64,000 nucleotides of DNA from Alloacidobacterium sp. (GTDB lineage: Bacteria > Acidobacteriota > Terriglobia > Terriglobales > Acidobacteriaceae), in the NCBI GenBank assembly GCA_035293545.1, contig DATGMQ010000048.1, positions 10,831-74,830 of the forward strand, given 5' to 3'. The notes under the pieces are model-generated. The model was not told the DNA's origin. It did not search any database and was given only the letters and a program-made list of their open reading frames with translations. Shown piece after piece: positions 1 through 10,163 of the stretch (positions are counted from its first letter, which is position 1; the number at the start of each line of letters is the position of its first letter). A program made the translations under genes and the position numbers.

Positions 1-131
1 CGAATTAACATTCATCGGCCATCATTCTTGATTATCGCCACAGAGCAGGCGCTCAATCGTGTGTTGTAATTCTGCCGGCAATTGAACTGTCGTCCGAATA
101 GCGGGGCTTTCTCGTCTAAGATGACAGACGA

Positions 132-1358
132 ATGATACGGAGACGAACGCGCATTAATCTCGCCCTGTCGATCTGGTTGCTCTGTGGATTCCTCTTCGCG
201 GCGCGTCCTGTATTCTCGGATGCTGTTGAGACCAATCCTTTAAATCGAGATCCGCAGGTCCGAGCGGCCTTTGATCTCTTTTACATCATGGATTACGCAG
301 GCTCGATCTCGCGTTTTGAGGCGATTCGCCGCGAACATCCTGAAAACCCCATTGCCGTCGACTATCTCCTTTACGCCACCGTTTTTAAAGAGCTGTTCCG
401 GCTCGATCTGCTGGACACGACATTCTACGCCAATGATGGCTTTCTAACCGGTAAACACACCGTGATCGAAGATCCAAAGACGCGCGATCACATCAAAGAT
501 TTGACCGATCAGGCGGTAGACGAGGCGAATCAACAGCTCAAGTCAAATGCCAATGATATAAACGCGCTCTTCGCCCGCGGCTGGGCCAGGAGCCTGGAGG
601 CTGTCTACCAGGCAATGGTGGAACGGAGTTTCGGATCGGCCCTGCGTCTGGCCACACAGGCGCGCAACGATCATCAGAAGGTATTGCAGCTGAACCCAAA
701 TTATGTCGACGCCAAGCTGGTGGTCGGGGACTATGAGTACGTGATCGGAGCGCTGCCTCTGCCATTCAAAATACTGATGGGCTTCGCCGGAATCCACGGC
801 TCAAAGGCAACGGGCATGGAGATGTTGCGCGATGCCGGCGCTCGCGGCGTGATTACATCGGTCGAAGCGCGTGTCTGCATGATGCTTTTCCTGCGCCGCG
901 AGGCGAAGTATCAGGAAGCCGAGCAGATTGCCGAGGGGCTGGTTACACAATATCCAAGAGACTTTCTCTTTCATCTTGAAGTAGCCAATCTGTTGAAGGA
1001 CAAAGGCGACGGACTGAAGGCCATTTTGAGCTATCGCAACGTGATTGATCTGGCAAAAAAGCCGGGATACTTTCCGTCAACTCACCTTGAGCTGGTGTAT
1101 TTCGGTCTCGGAGATACCCTGCGCGGACAGAAGCTTTACGCCGATGCTGTGGAGGCCTACAGCAACGGGGCCTATCTCCCAACCACCAGTCCGGAGCTGA
1201 AACGGCGCTGCCTGCTGGCCGCCGGACAGGTCTACGATCTGATGCACGACCGCGATAAGGCAAAACAACAGTATCAGGCGGTCATCGATGCAGGGAGCGA
1301 TACAGTACAGGCAGACCAGGCAAGAAAGCTCATGAAGAGCGCGTATTCAGCCCATTAG
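132..1358 (+). CDS. Secreted tetratricopeptide-repeat (TPR-like) protein
   Basis: 408-aa ORF with N-terminal signal-peptide-like segment and helical TPR-like repeats (AGQVYDLMHDRDKAKQQYQAVID). Confidence 0.75.
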   Translation: MIRRRTRINLALSIWLLCGFLFAARPVFSDAVETNPLNRDPQVRAAFDLFYIMDYAGSISRFEAIRREHPENPIAVDYLLYATVFKELFRLDLLDTTFYANDGFLTGKHTVIEDPKTRDHIKDLTDQAVDEANQQLKSNANDINALFARGWARSLEAVYQAMVERSFGSALRLATQARNDHQKVLQLNPNYVDAKLVVGDYEYVIGALPLPFKILMGFAGIHGSKATGMEMLRDAGARGVITSVEARVCMMLFLRREAKYQEAEQIAEGLVTQYPRDFLFHLEVANLLKDKGDGLKAILSYRNVIDLAKKPGYFPSTHLELVYFGLGDTLRGQKLYADAVEAYSNGAYLPTTSPELKRRCLLAAGQVYDLMHDRDKAKQQYQAVIDAGSDTVQADQARKLMKSAYSAH

Positions 1359-1482
1359 AACATGGGGCTTCGCTCATTGCGCGACGCTATCAACGAATCA
1401 GCACGTCACCATTCCTGAACCCGTTCTCGCTGACGCTATACTGGCATTTACCATTTCAAATTGCAGCAACTGAGGCGTTAAC

Positions 1483-3045
1483 GTGTTTGAATCCGAGTTC
1501 GAGCGGAACCTTTTTGCCCTCCGCCGCGAGAAGCTGAACCAAATCACCGCTCTCGGCCAGCAGGCCTACCCAAATCAGTACATCGCCACCCACACCATTC
1601 CGGAAATATGGGCAAAGTACCGCGAAGCCGCCGCCGAAGAACTCGAAGCCAACCGCGTCGAAGTCTCCGTAGCCGGACGCCTCATGGCTATCCGCGGCCA
1701 GGGCAAGGCCGGATTCGCCCACCTGCAACAGAACGGCGAGCGCCTGCAAATCTACGTCCGCAAAGACGACGTCGGCGACCCAGCCTTCCAACTCTACAAG
1801 CTGCTCGATCTCGGTGACCACATCGGCGTCAAAGGCTATCTCTTCCGCACGCGCACCGGAGAGCTATCGGTCCATGTGCAGACCATCACCTTCCTCTCGA
1901 AGGCGATGCTGGCGCTGCCGGAAAAATATCACGGCCTCTCAGACGTTGAGCTGCGCTACCGCCAGCGCTATGTCGATCTCTTCATGAACAGCGTACTCAA
2001 CGAAGGCGGCCTCGACGAGATCAACGTTCGCGATGTATTCATCAAGCGCGCACAAGTGCTCAAAGCCATCCGGAATTTTTTCGACGCCCGCGGCTACATC
2101 GAAGTGGAAACGCCCATGATGCAGCCCATCGCCGGAGGCGCAGCCGCGCGCCCCTTTGTGACGCACCACAACACGCTCGACATGGACCTCTTCCTGCGCA
2201 TCGCGCCGGAGCTTTACCTGAAACGCCTTGTCGTTGGCGGATTCGATCGCGTGTATGAGATAAACCGTAACTTCCGCAACGAAGGCATCTCAACGCAGCA
2301 CAACCCAGAGTTCACGATGCTTGAGTTCTATCAGGCGTACGCGAATTATCACGACCTCATGCAGTTGACGGAAGAGCTGATCGTCTCGGTCGCGAAGGAA
2401 GCGAATGGGACTACGATTACGCACTTCAATGGACATGAGATTGATCTGTCGAAGTGGCGGCGCTTTTCGATGCGTGAGGCGATTATTGTGTTCTGGCCTG
2501 AGTCCGCAGGAACAAAACCTGCAATGAAGGATTTCGACAACGATGAAGTCGTCGGCGCACTCGTCGACCGTCTGCGAAACGCCAACGTAAACATTGAATA
2601 CAAACCAAGCGAGCCGATCGGCAAAACCATCGCAACCATTTTCGAGGTTGTAGCGGAAGATCACCTGATCCAGCCAACCATCATCTACGACTTCCCTCTT
2701 GCCGTCTCGCCGCTTTCCAAGCAAAAACCCGACGAGCCGGACTGGGTGGAGCGTTTCGAGTTTTACATCGGCGGATTCGAAGTCGGCAATGCCTTCAGCG
2801 AGCTGAACGATCCGGAAGAGCAGCGCAAGCGCTTCGAGCAGCAGCTCACGCAACGCGAGCACGGCGACGACGAAGCCCACCAGATGGATGAAGACTACGT
2901 GCGCGCCTTGTCCTATGGCCTACCGCCAACCGGAGGCGAAGGCATCGGCATCGACCGCCTTACTATGATTCTGACCGGAGCCAGGTCGATACGCGATGTG
3001 ATTCTCTTTCCGTTATTAAGGCCGCAGAAGGATACGCAGGAGTGA
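1483..3045 (+). CDS. lysS: Lysine--tRNA ligase (class II)
   Basis: OB-fold anticodon domain; [25 protein letters not shown] and GEGIGIDRL motifs. Confidence 0.98.
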   Translation: MFESEFERNLFALRREKLNQITALGQQAYPNQYIATHTIPEIWAKYREAAAEELEANRVEVSVAGRLMAIRGQGKAGFAHLQQNGERLQIYVRKDDVGDPAFQLYKLLDLGDHIGVKGYLFRTRTGELSVHVQTITFLSKAMLALPEKYHGLSDVELRYRQRYVDLFMNSVLNEGGLDEINVRDVFIKRAQVLKAIRNFFDARGYIEVETPMMQPIAGGAAARPFVTHHNTLDMDLFLRIAPELYLKRLVVGGFDRVYEINRNFRNEGISTQHNPEFTMLEFYQAYANYHDLMQLTEELIVSVAKEANGTTITHFNGHEIDLSKWRRFSMREAIIVFWPESAGTKPAMKDFDNDEVVGALVDRLRNANVNIEYKPSEPIGKTIATIFEVVAEDHLIQPTIIYDFPLAVSPLSKQKPDEPDWVERFEFYIGGFEVGNAFSELNDPEEQRKRFEQQLTQREHGDDEAHQMDEDYVRALSYGLPPTGGEGIGIDRLTMILTGARSIRDVILFPLLRPQKDTQE

Positions 3046-3077
3046 TTCTTAGAATGCCGGTGCTGAGTGTGTAGGAG

Positions 3078-3118
3078 AAGCAGATCCTTCACTCCGCTTC
3101 GCTTCGTTCAGGATGACA
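3078..3118 (-). repeat. TGTC-tagged REP-like palindrome, extended variant
   Basis: Minus strand reads TGTC-ATCCT-GA-AC-GAA-GC-GAA-GC-GGA-GT-GA-AGGAT-CTGCTT; ends shared with the copies at 3173 and 3566. Confidence 0.9.
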
Positions 3119-3172
3119 GCATAATCATTACTTTATTTTTATATTGCGCGCTGATCGCAGCACAGTTACCGG

Positions 3173-3203
3173 TGTCATCCTGAGCGCAGCGAAGGATCTG
3201 CTT
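3173..3203 (+). repeat. TGTC-tagged REP-like palindrome; left inverted repeat of the GIY-YIG unit
   Basis: TGTCATCCTGAGCGCAGCGAAGGATCTGCTT; 30/31 identical to the reverse complement of 3566-3596. Confidence 0.92.
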
Positions 3204-3249
3204 TTTTCCTTTAGCCTGCGCGAATGTGTTAGTAATATCGATCCATTCG

Positions 3250-3567
3250 ATGCTCCAACGAGTTTATTACACCTACATCATGGCAAGCGCGAGCCGCAAT
3301 CTTTACGTTGGCGTCACCAACAATCTTGTACAACGCGTCAAAGAACATAAAAAAGGAGCATATAAAAGCTTTACAGCACAATATCGCTGTCATCGCCTCG
3401 TTTGGTTTGAGCGCTACAGCTGGATTGGGCAAGCCATTGCACGCGAGAAAGAATTAAAAGGCTGGCTCAGAGCCAAGAAAATCGCCTTGATTCAGCAGGA
3501 AAACCCTACATGGGTGGATTTGAGCGAGGAATGGGGCACTCAGATCAAACCTTACGCAGAAGTATAA
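3250..3567 (+). CDS. Stand-alone GIY-YIG nuclease family protein (UPF0213/YhbQ-like)
   Basis: YYTYIM..LYVGVTNNLVQRVKEHK, LVWFE, AIAREKELKGWLRAKKIALI..NPTWVDL; ATG 3250 preferred over GTG 3226. Confidence 0.93.
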   Translation: MLQRVYYTYIMASASRNLYVGVTNNLVQRVKEHKKGAYKSFTAQYRCHRLVWFERYSWIGQAIAREKELKGWLRAKKIALIQQENPTWVDLSEEWGTQIKPYAEV

Positions 3568-3596
3568 GCAGATCCTTCGCTACGCTCAGGATGACA
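3566..3596 (-). repeat. TGTC-tagged REP-like palindrome; right inverted repeat of the GIY-YIG unit
   Basis: AAGCAGATCCTTCGCTACGCTCAGGATGACA; overlaps the nuclease TAA stop. Confidence 0.92.
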
Positions 3597-3674
3597 GCGC
3601 AATGAGGATCGCTCTACTTCTACTCTCCACAAACCCTTCAGCTCTTCTGGAGTTTGATTGACTTAAAAGTTCTA

Positions 3675-4472
3675 TTATTCTCCCAATAAAAATCGTTGTG
3701 TGCTCAAAGCTCTTCCAGTCGCACCGTCACATTCAATCAGAGTCGCGGCCATGCGCGGATCGCCCTTTGCTGCTTCAAATTTTCCCGGCATGCCGGTTAG
3801 AAAACGCTGCAGCACCAGTTCCTTCTCCACGCCGATAATGCTGTCATAGGGACCGCTCATGCCCACGTCAGTCTGATAAGCTGTGCCGCCGGGCAGCACG
3901 CGGTCATCGGCTGTAGGCACATGCGTATGCGTGCCGAGCACGGCAGTCACGCGTCCATTGAGATACCATCCCAACGCCGCTTTTTCCGATGTTGCTTCCG
4001 CATGCACGTCCACCAGAATGACCTTCGCCGTAATCCGCTTCAGCAGCGCATCGGCCACGCGAAAAGGATCGTCGCTCGATCCCATGAATACGCGCCCCTG
4101 CAGGTTGATCACGGCATATTCCTGGCCGGACGGCAGCTGTCCCTGATAAAAGCCATGGCCGGGGGTTCCGGCAACATAGTTGGCCGGACGGATGACCCGG
4201 CGAGGACGTTCATGACTGTCTTCGGGCACAGAATTCAGGTACTCGATAATTTCGCGCTTGTCCCACACATGATTCCCTGTCGTAATGACGTGCGCGCCAA
4301 GCTCAAACAACTCGTCTGCGATGGCCGGCGTAATGCCGAATCCGCCGGCGGCATTTTCGCCGTTGATGACGATCAGGTCGACCTGATGCCGCTCAACTAC
4401 ATGGCCCAGATGCTCGCGCACAATGCGGCGTCCAGCGCTCCCGAACACGTCCCCCACAAAAAGAATGTGCAA
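3675..4472 (-). CDS. ymdB: YmdB/TIGR00282-family metallophosphoesterase
   Basis: GDVFG, NGENAAGG, TGNHVWD, DVHAEATSEK, GTHTHV and TDVGMSGP motifs. Confidence 0.93.
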   Translation of the reverse strand: MHILFVGDVFGSAGRRIVREHLGHVVERHQVDLIVINGENAAGGFGITPAIADELFELGAHVITTGNHVWDKREIIEYLNSVPEDSHERPRRVIRPANYVAGTPGHGFYQGQLPSGQEYAVINLQGRVFMGSSDDPFRVADALLKRITAKVILVDVHAEATSEKAALGWYLNGRVTAVLGTHTHVPTADDRVLPGGTAYQTDVGMSGPYDSIIGVEKELVLQRFLTGMPGKFEAAKGDPRMAATLIECDGATGRALSTQRFLLGE

Positions 4473-4633
4473 AAGTGAACCTCATTCACGACATAAACAA
4501 CTTTGATGCAAAGCACCTTTCATTCACTTTAGAACACACTGCTGTGCAAGTCTTATTTGATCCGCAACGGTTACATGCACATTTTGACCAAATTGAGATG
4601 TGGATTCGCGAAAACCTATGGTAGCGTGGCAGT

Positions 4634-5050
4634 ATGGCCGTCAATACCCGATTCGCAACCGGCGTCCACGCCCTGCTTCTGCTCGCTGCCGAACCGGATG
4701 TACTGCAGACCTCAGAAGATGTGGCACGCAAGCTCAACACGAACCCCGTCGTGATTCGTCGCGTCTTTTCACTGCTGCAGCAGGCGGAGCTGGTGGAAAG
4801 CCAGAAGGGGCCAAGCGGCGGCTCGCGGCTGGCCCGGCCAGCCAAAGAAATTTCTCTGGCAGACATTTATCGCGCATTGAATCCCGGCGAGGTGTTCCAT
4901 GCAACTTCGGCCCAGAACAATCAGAGCGGCAAGGTAAACCAGGCGTTGCATCAGGTTTTCAGAGACGCCCAGAAAGCACTCGAAAAAGAGCTTTCGCAGA
5001 CAAGCCTGAGCCAGCTTATGAAAAAAGCCGCCAAAAAAGACAAGCGCTGA
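4634..5050 (+). CDS. Rrf2-family transcriptional regulator (no Fe-S cysteines)
   Basis: NTRFATGVHALLLL, TNPVVIRR, SQKGPSGGSRLARPAKEISLADIY. Confidence 0.92.
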   Translation: MAVNTRFATGVHALLLLAAEPDVLQTSEDVARKLNTNPVVIRRVFSLLQQAELVESQKGPSGGSRLARPAKEISLADIYRALNPGEVFHATSAQNNQSGKVNQALHQVFRDAQKALEKELSQTSLSQLMKKAAKKDKR

Positions 5051-5051
5051 G

Positions 5052-5423
5052 TCAGTGCTGAGAAATGCTCAGGATGTTGCCGTCCGGATCTCGGAACCAG
5101 GCTATCTTTGCGCCTCCCGGGGCCGTCCAAATGCCGTCTTCATCCTGCGGCACATGAGGATACCGCTCCAGTTTTACTCCCGCGCTGGTCAGGGCGCGAG
5201 CAGTTGCGGTTGCGTCGCTGACCTGCCATCCAAGCACGGTGTACGGCTGGGGCCGCACTTCTCCTACAAGCGTCACACGCAGCATAATGCCGCCGATCTC
5301 AAAGACAAGGGCAAAGCCGTCTTCATAGAGCATCGTGAGCCCCAGGGTATCGCGGTAAAAAGCCCGCGCTTTGTCGGCATTGCTGACGCCGACAAACGCC
5401 ATGATCTTCTCGTGATTGAGCAT
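5052..5423 (-). CDS. VOC/glyoxalase family protein
   Basis: ARAFYRDTLGL ... AWFRDPDGNILSI; start set to ATG 5423. Confidence 0.9.
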   Translation of the reverse strand: MLNHEKIMAFVGVSNADKARAFYRDTLGLTMLYEDGFALVFEIGGIMLRVTLVGEVRPQPYTVLGWQVSDATATARALTSAGVKLERYPHVPQDEDGIWTAPGGAKIAWFRDPDGNILSISQH

Positions 5424-5505
5424 CGAACACCTCAAAATCCTTCCCGCTGAGTGTAGACCAGAATTGTGAATCCGGCGTAGGCTGGATGAATTCCTGTCCT
5501 GCCCC

Positions 5506-7539
5506 ATGGCCCTGCTCACATTTCTCTACGCATGCGTTGTATTTCTGAGCGCGTTTCTGCTTTTTCTGGTGCAGCCGATGGTGGCAAAGCAGCTTCTGCC
5601 AGTGCTTGGCGGATCGGCTGCGGTGTGGATCACCTGTCTCGTCTTCTTTCAGGCCGTATTGCTGCTTGGCTATGCCTATGCGGATTTTGCCGTGACGCGT
5701 CTGCGGCCCAGGGCACAGGCCCTGATGCATGTAACGCTTCTGGCTGCGGCCCTGACGACGCTTGGGCTCCGGATTCGCACAAGCCAATGGGCTGCGACAT
5801 GGCATCCCATGCTGACGGTCTTTACGCTTCTTAGCCTGATTATCGGGTTGCCGTACCTTTCGCTCTCGACAACCACGCCGCTTCTGCAGGCATGGTATAC
5901 GGGCAGCTTTCGGGCCACCTGGTCATTCAGGATGTTTTCGCTCTCGAATGCAGGCGCATTGCTGGCTCTTCTTCTGTATCCGACGGTGATTGAGCCATAC
6001 ATTACTCTGAAAACGCAGACGCGCGGGTTCTCGACGGGGTTCTTCCTCTTTGCTGTCTTGTGTGGCGGAATTGCCTGGAGCGTCCGCCAGACGTTGCCTG
6101 ACCGCAGTCCGCGAGTGGAACCTGCCGAGACAGTAACACCTCAACGAAAGGCGCTCTGGTTACTGCTCCCGGGCTGCTCTTCCCTTCTGCTGTGCGCCTT
6201 CACCAGCCACATCAGCCAGAATGTCGCAGCGATTCCACTCTTATGGATTCTGCCGCTCTCAGCTTATCTGCTCAGCTTCATCATCGCTTTTCATTCCCAG
6301 CAGGCATATCCGCGGTGGCTGATGGTTCGCCTCGCAGCCTGTACACTCGGCATTCTCGGATACCTGCTGCATGATGTGCATGGAAATCTGCCGGTGCAGA
6401 TCTCAGTTCCGCTCTATTGCTTGTGCCTGTTTGTGCTTTGCTTCTTTTTTCATGGAGAGCTTTACCGTCTGCGTCCGGCAACAGGATCAGCTACGGGCTT
6501 TTATGTCCTGCTTTCCCTCGGCTCGGCGCTGGGAGCGCTTTTCGTCGGGGTCCTGGCGCCGAATATTTTTCGCGCTAATTACGAGCTGGCCATTGGTCTG
6601 GTGCTCTCGGCTGTTCTTGCGCTGGCTGTGATGTGGAATTTCGGGATCATTGCCCGGATATTCTGGGCTGCGCTGGCGGTTTGGCTCGTCTGGGTCGGCG
6701 TTGCGCAGGCCCGCGCATGGCAGCAGAACACGCTTGCGCAACTGCGAAGCTTCTACGGCACTCTGCGTGTTACGGAAACACACTGGCCGCCTCTTGCCGG
6801 AACCACGCGCACGCTCTATCACGGAACCATTCAGCATGGAGTCCAGTTTTACGCAAACGGAATGCGGACGCAGCCGCTTTCGTATTACGCGCCCTCGTCC
6901 GGACTGGGTCTGGCTTTGCGTCTTTGCTGCCGGGGACGCACAAAGCGCGTGGGGATTGTCGGGCTCGGAGCAGGAACCATTGCCGCTTACGGCCAGCCCG
7001 GCGATACGTTTCGCTTCTTTGAAATTGATCCGCTGGTGGAGCGTATTGCACGGGAGCTCTTTACTTACTTACGAGACACTCCTGCTCGTACGGATGTCGT
7101 GTTGGGTGACGCTCGCTTCTCCATCAACCGCGACAACAGCGGCCCTTATGACGTGCTGGCGCTCGATGCGTTTTCCGGTGATGCGGTGCCGATTCATTTG
7201 CTGACCCAACAGGCTCTGGCTCTTTATCGCAAGCACCTTGCGCCAGACGGGATTCTCGCCTTCCATATTTCCAGCCAGTACCTTGATCTGGAGCCGGTCC
7301 TGGCGCGCGCGGCGCAGCAGGCTGGCATGCATGCCGTCACCGTGCATTCGGCGGGAGACGAAAATCAGGGAATTTTTAATGCGGATTGGGTGCTGCTGAC
7401 GAATGATGAGGCGTTCCTGTCCCAGCCTGAAGTGGCACGCGCCGTTCAGCCTGCGCAGATGCGAAACAATGTCAATCTATGGACGGATGATTATTCCGGC
7501 ATTCTGCCCATTCTTAAATGGCAGCCGCGTGCTCATTGA
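5506..7539 (+). CDS. Multi-pass membrane protein fused to a spermidine-synthase-like SAM-binding domain
   Basis: Many TM helices followed by VGIVGLGAGT, FEIDP, GDAR, DAFSGDAVPIHLLT and WTDDYS motifs. Confidence 0.88.
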   Translation: MALLTFLYACVVFLSAFLLFLVQPMVAKQLLPVLGGSAAVWITCLVFFQAVLLLGYAYADFAVTRLRPRAQALMHVTLLAAALTTLGLRIRTSQWAATWHPMLTVFTLLSLIIGLPYLSLSTTTPLLQAWYTGSFRATWSFRMFSLSNAGALLALLLYPTVIEPYITLKTQTRGFSTGFFLFAVLCGGIAWSVRQTLPDRSPRVEPAETVTPQRKALWLLLPGCSSLLLCAFTSHISQNVAAIPLLWILPLSAYLLSFIIAFHSQQAYPRWLMVRLAACTLGILGYLLHDVHGNLPVQISVPLYCLCLFVLCFFFHGELYRLRPATGSATGFYVLLSLGSALGALFVGVLAPNIFRANYELAIGLVLSAVLALAVMWNFGIIARIFWAALAVWLVWVGVAQARAWQQNTLAQLRSFYGTLRVTETHWPPLAGTTRTLYHGTIQHGVQFYANGMRTQPLSYYAPSSGLGLALRLCCRGRTKRVGIVGLGAGTIAAYGQPGDTFRFFEIDPLVERIARELFTYLRDTPARTDVVLGDARFSINRDNSGPYDVLALDAFSGDAVPIHLLTQQALALYRKHLAPDGILAFHISSQYLDLEPVLARAAQQAGMHAVTVHSAGDENQGIFNADWVLLTNDEAFLSQPEVARAVQPAQMRNNVNLWTDDYSGILPILKWQPRAH

Positions 7540-8444
7540 GGCTGAGGTCTTGTCTTTGGGTACGGCGTTGCCTGCTGCGAAGAAGGGATTTCTTGTACAG
7601 GTGGAGCTGGCGGCTGAGGCATTAACTTCGGCGTGGGCTCGGGAATTGTTTTGACTACAGGCTCACCAAAGGCATGCTGATCATCGCTTACGCTGACAAT
7701 CTGGCCCGATTCGTTATAGCTTATGTCCCACAGCCTGTAATCGGTCGGCGAAATCGGATCGACAAAGCTGACTTCATGGTTCTTGCCAGTGACGGAGATT
7801 CGCAGCGTGGGCGGAGGCGCTTTAATCATATGCACATTCTGACTCGGATCTTTCGGCACCTGCGGGCGCGCTCCGGTCATTTCCGCATAACAGACGGAGA
7901 GCGAGAGCCATTTTCCTTCCGGGCCGCTGTTCTTTGCTGCTGTATCTGCGGGGACAATCTGGCTGAACAATTGAAAATTTCTCGGATCAATCGGCGCAGG
8001 TTTGAAGCGCGTGGCTCCGTGGTGGAGTACCGGCACAATCCGGATGCGTCCCCCGTTGCGCGGCACCCACGCCGTAAACAACGATTCCGCTCCTGCCGCA
8101 TCTTTGTTTGAATAACGCAGCATGACATAGTCGGGAACCAGCGGGCAGACAGTTTGCTCATAATTCCACCCGGCTGCGCTCATGTCATAACCGTAAAATT
8201 CCGCCTCCGCCAGCAGATTTCGCTTCTGCTTCCGGATCAGTTCGGCGTCCGCCGGATCCATCTGCTCCGCAGACCGGTGTTCAAGCGCAAAGTATTCGGG
8301 TGTGCCTTCGGTAGAGAGGCTGGCCGTTGTCTCTTCAGGCTTTGAGACGCTCTGCGCCGGCGGAGCCGTGCTTTGGGCAATGGAAAATGTAGCTGCCAGG
8401 AAGAACAGAGCTGCCGGGGGAGCAAGGCTCGAAAATCGAATCAT
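7533..8444 (-). CDS. Hypothetical secreted protein with Pro-rich C-terminus
   Basis: 303-aa ORF with signal peptide; protein-like composition. Confidence 0.7.
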   Translation of the reverse strand: MIRFSSLAPPAALFFLAATFSIAQSTAPPAQSVSKPEETTASLSTEGTPEYFALEHRSAEQMDPADAELIRKQKRNLLAEAEFYGYDMSAAGWNYEQTVCPLVPDYVMLRYSNKDAAGAESLFTAWVPRNGGRIRIVPVLHHGATRFKPAPIDPRNFQLFSQIVPADTAAKNSGPEGKWLSLSVCYAEMTGARPQVPKDPSQNVHMIKAPPPTLRISVTGKNHEVSFVDPISPTDYRLWDISYNESGQIVSVSDDQHAFGEPVVKTIPEPTPKLMPQPPAPPVQEIPSSQQATPYPKTRPQPQ

Positions 8445-8479
8445 CGCGTTTTTACTCTAACATTTCAATTTCAGGAGAC

Positions 8480-8510
8480 AAAAAAGGCAGCCGTTGCGAC
8501 GGCTGCCTTT
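8480..8510 (-). terminator. Intrinsic terminator of the 8528-9853 gene
   Basis: AAAGGCAGCCGT-TGCG-ACGGCTGCCTTT stem with an A-run that gives a U-tract on the minus strand, just after the stop. Confidence 0.85.
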
Positions 8511-8527
8511 ATGTGGAAGAAAGCTGT

Positions 8528-9853
8528 TTACTTCCTGCCGCTCGGACGACGCGCAGGACGTCTTGCTGCCGGCTTCTTGGGAGCAGCCGGCGGCTCGCCA
8601 TCCTTCATGATGATCATGGGCGGGTTCTGTGTATAGGAATCGAAGGTAGCGGTGTACTTCACCTGTGTTCCAGGCTGCGGCACGTCCTTCAAAGGAGTCT
8701 TCATGTTGATGGTGAAGTCTGCCTTCTGGGATTGCTTCGCATCATCGGAAACTGCCAGCTGCACACTATCAGCAGTAGCCGTAACCACGGTGCCGGGAAC
8801 TTCAGCCGTTACGTCCTTCAGCACATCCCATACCTTACCTGCGTCTTCCGGAGAGCCGTTGGCCAGGATGAATTCCTTATCTCCCAGCGCCAGCGTCTTC
8901 AGGTCCGGCGTGCTGGTCACTGCCTGGTGCGCGAGTTCCTGCGGCGATGGCGGTGGCGGAGCAGCTACAGGCTTGTAGGTGTCCGGCGGGAACAGATTGG
9001 CTTTGGCCAGCTGCTGAATCTGCGCGTATCCATCGAGATTCGTCTGGCAGGCAGTGTCAGTCTGCGCGCAGTGGTACTTCTTGTACCAGTACTCAGCGGC
9101 TTTCTCAATCTGGTCTTTGTAACCCGCAGGAGCATACTGCGCCGCGCGTGTCAGGAACCAGACACCATTGACCAGATCCTTGGGGTCCTGGGAAACATAG
9201 GCATTGCCGAGCTGATAGGTCGCCAGCAGGCCGGGGCCTGATTGAGTTTGCGCCGGGTCAGGATAAGCTTTCAGCTCATTGGTGTAAGCTTCGGCGGCTG
9301 CCTTGTAGTCTTTTCTGGAAGCAGCATCGACGGCAATGGCGTCATAGAAGATCGGGGTAGTTGCGCCTTTCAGTTTCTGAAAATCAGCGTCTGAAAGGTT
9401 CGCCGGTTTAGGAGCAGCAAGGGCCTGCTTGGCTTTGGCTGCCGCATCGGCCAGCTTTGCCGGATCGCTGGTCTGTTTCTTCTCCATGTAGACCACAATG
9501 GTCAGCGCGCGGAGATTATTCGGATTTATCTGCAGCAGGCGGTTAGCAGCATCCAGTTCTTTGTCTGCCTGGCCGGCCTGTTCGTAGGCCGCCATCAGCT
9601 GCTCCAGCATCTCTTCTTTCACGACGCTGTTCGGATACTGCTGCAGAAACTGTTCGATGGCCGAAGCCTTTGCTGCCGGGGACGATTGCCCAACAGCATT
9701 GGTGTAGGCATTGTATTCGGCTGGATCTTTAATGGTGATCTGGCCCGATTGCGCACCCTGGGCCTGGTCATCATCCAGCGCCAGCGCAGCAGGCAGATAA
9801 TATGCGATGCCGGTGGCTACGGCCAACACGGAAGCAACTACGACTTTCTTCAT
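8528..9853 (-). CDS. Secreted TPR-containing protein
   Basis: Signal peptide; FLQQYPNS and ANRLLQINPNNLRAL TPR-like motifs; basic tail. Confidence 0.8.
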   Translation of the reverse strand: MKKVVVASVLAVATGIAYYLPAALALDDDQAQGAQSGQITIKDPAEYNAYTNAVGQSSPAAKASAIEQFLQQYPNSVVKEEMLEQLMAAYEQAGQADKELDAANRLLQINPNNLRALTIVVYMEKKQTSDPAKLADAAAKAKQALAAPKPANLSDADFQKLKGATTPIFYDAIAVDAASRKDYKAAAEAYTNELKAYPDPAQTQSGPGLLATYQLGNAYVSQDPKDLVNGVWFLTRAAQYAPAGYKDQIEKAAEYWYKKYHCAQTDTACQTNLDGYAQIQQLAKANLFPPDTYKPVAAPPPPSPQELAHQAVTSTPDLKTLALGDKEFILANGSPEDAGKVWDVLKDVTAEVPGTVVTATADSVQLAVSDDAKQSQKADFTINMKTPLKDVPQPGTQVKYTATFDSYTQNPPMIIMKDGEPPAAPKKPAARRPARRPSGRK

Positions 9854-10163
9854 TCAACGCTCCTAGGAAAATTCCTGAATTATTGCTCAATGCGGACTTA
9901 AGGGGGTGCTCCACTCGCATTGAAACACGCCAGCCCACGGTTGCGGAAAAATATTCGGCAGTCCGATGCGATTTGCTGAATTATAAAAATCCGCAGCCAT
10001 CAGTGACAAGTAACCGGTTTTCGCAATTCCGTCAATGCGAAAAGTGAGATGCCGCAAATCGTCAATTCGTTGACCCCTGATTTGTAACATCTGCTCCACC
10101 ATCATCTAAGACACCATATCAGCACAGAGAGTGCCACAATTCTCTAAAGGAGCTTTTCTCACC

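Larger units (their letters stand above)
3173..3596 (+). mobile_element. Putative 424-bp GIY-YIG/REP cassette (single nuclease gene between 31-bp inverted repeats)
   Basis: Inverted repeats flank one gene; the unit sits between core genes lysS and ymdB; interior is visibly AT-richer; no target-site duplication seen. Confidence 0.55.

Noticed and set aside
3078-3596. Repeats read as a CRISPR array, or as simple terminators only
   Set aside because: Copies are inverted rather than direct, irregularly spaced, and have no cas genes. A terminator-only role does not explain the shared TGTC tag, the dispersed copies or the GA/GA mismatches.
3165-3605. Classical IS with target-site duplication
   Set aside because: Flanks (..TTACCGG / GCGCAAT..) show no direct repeat, and no DDE transposase is present.
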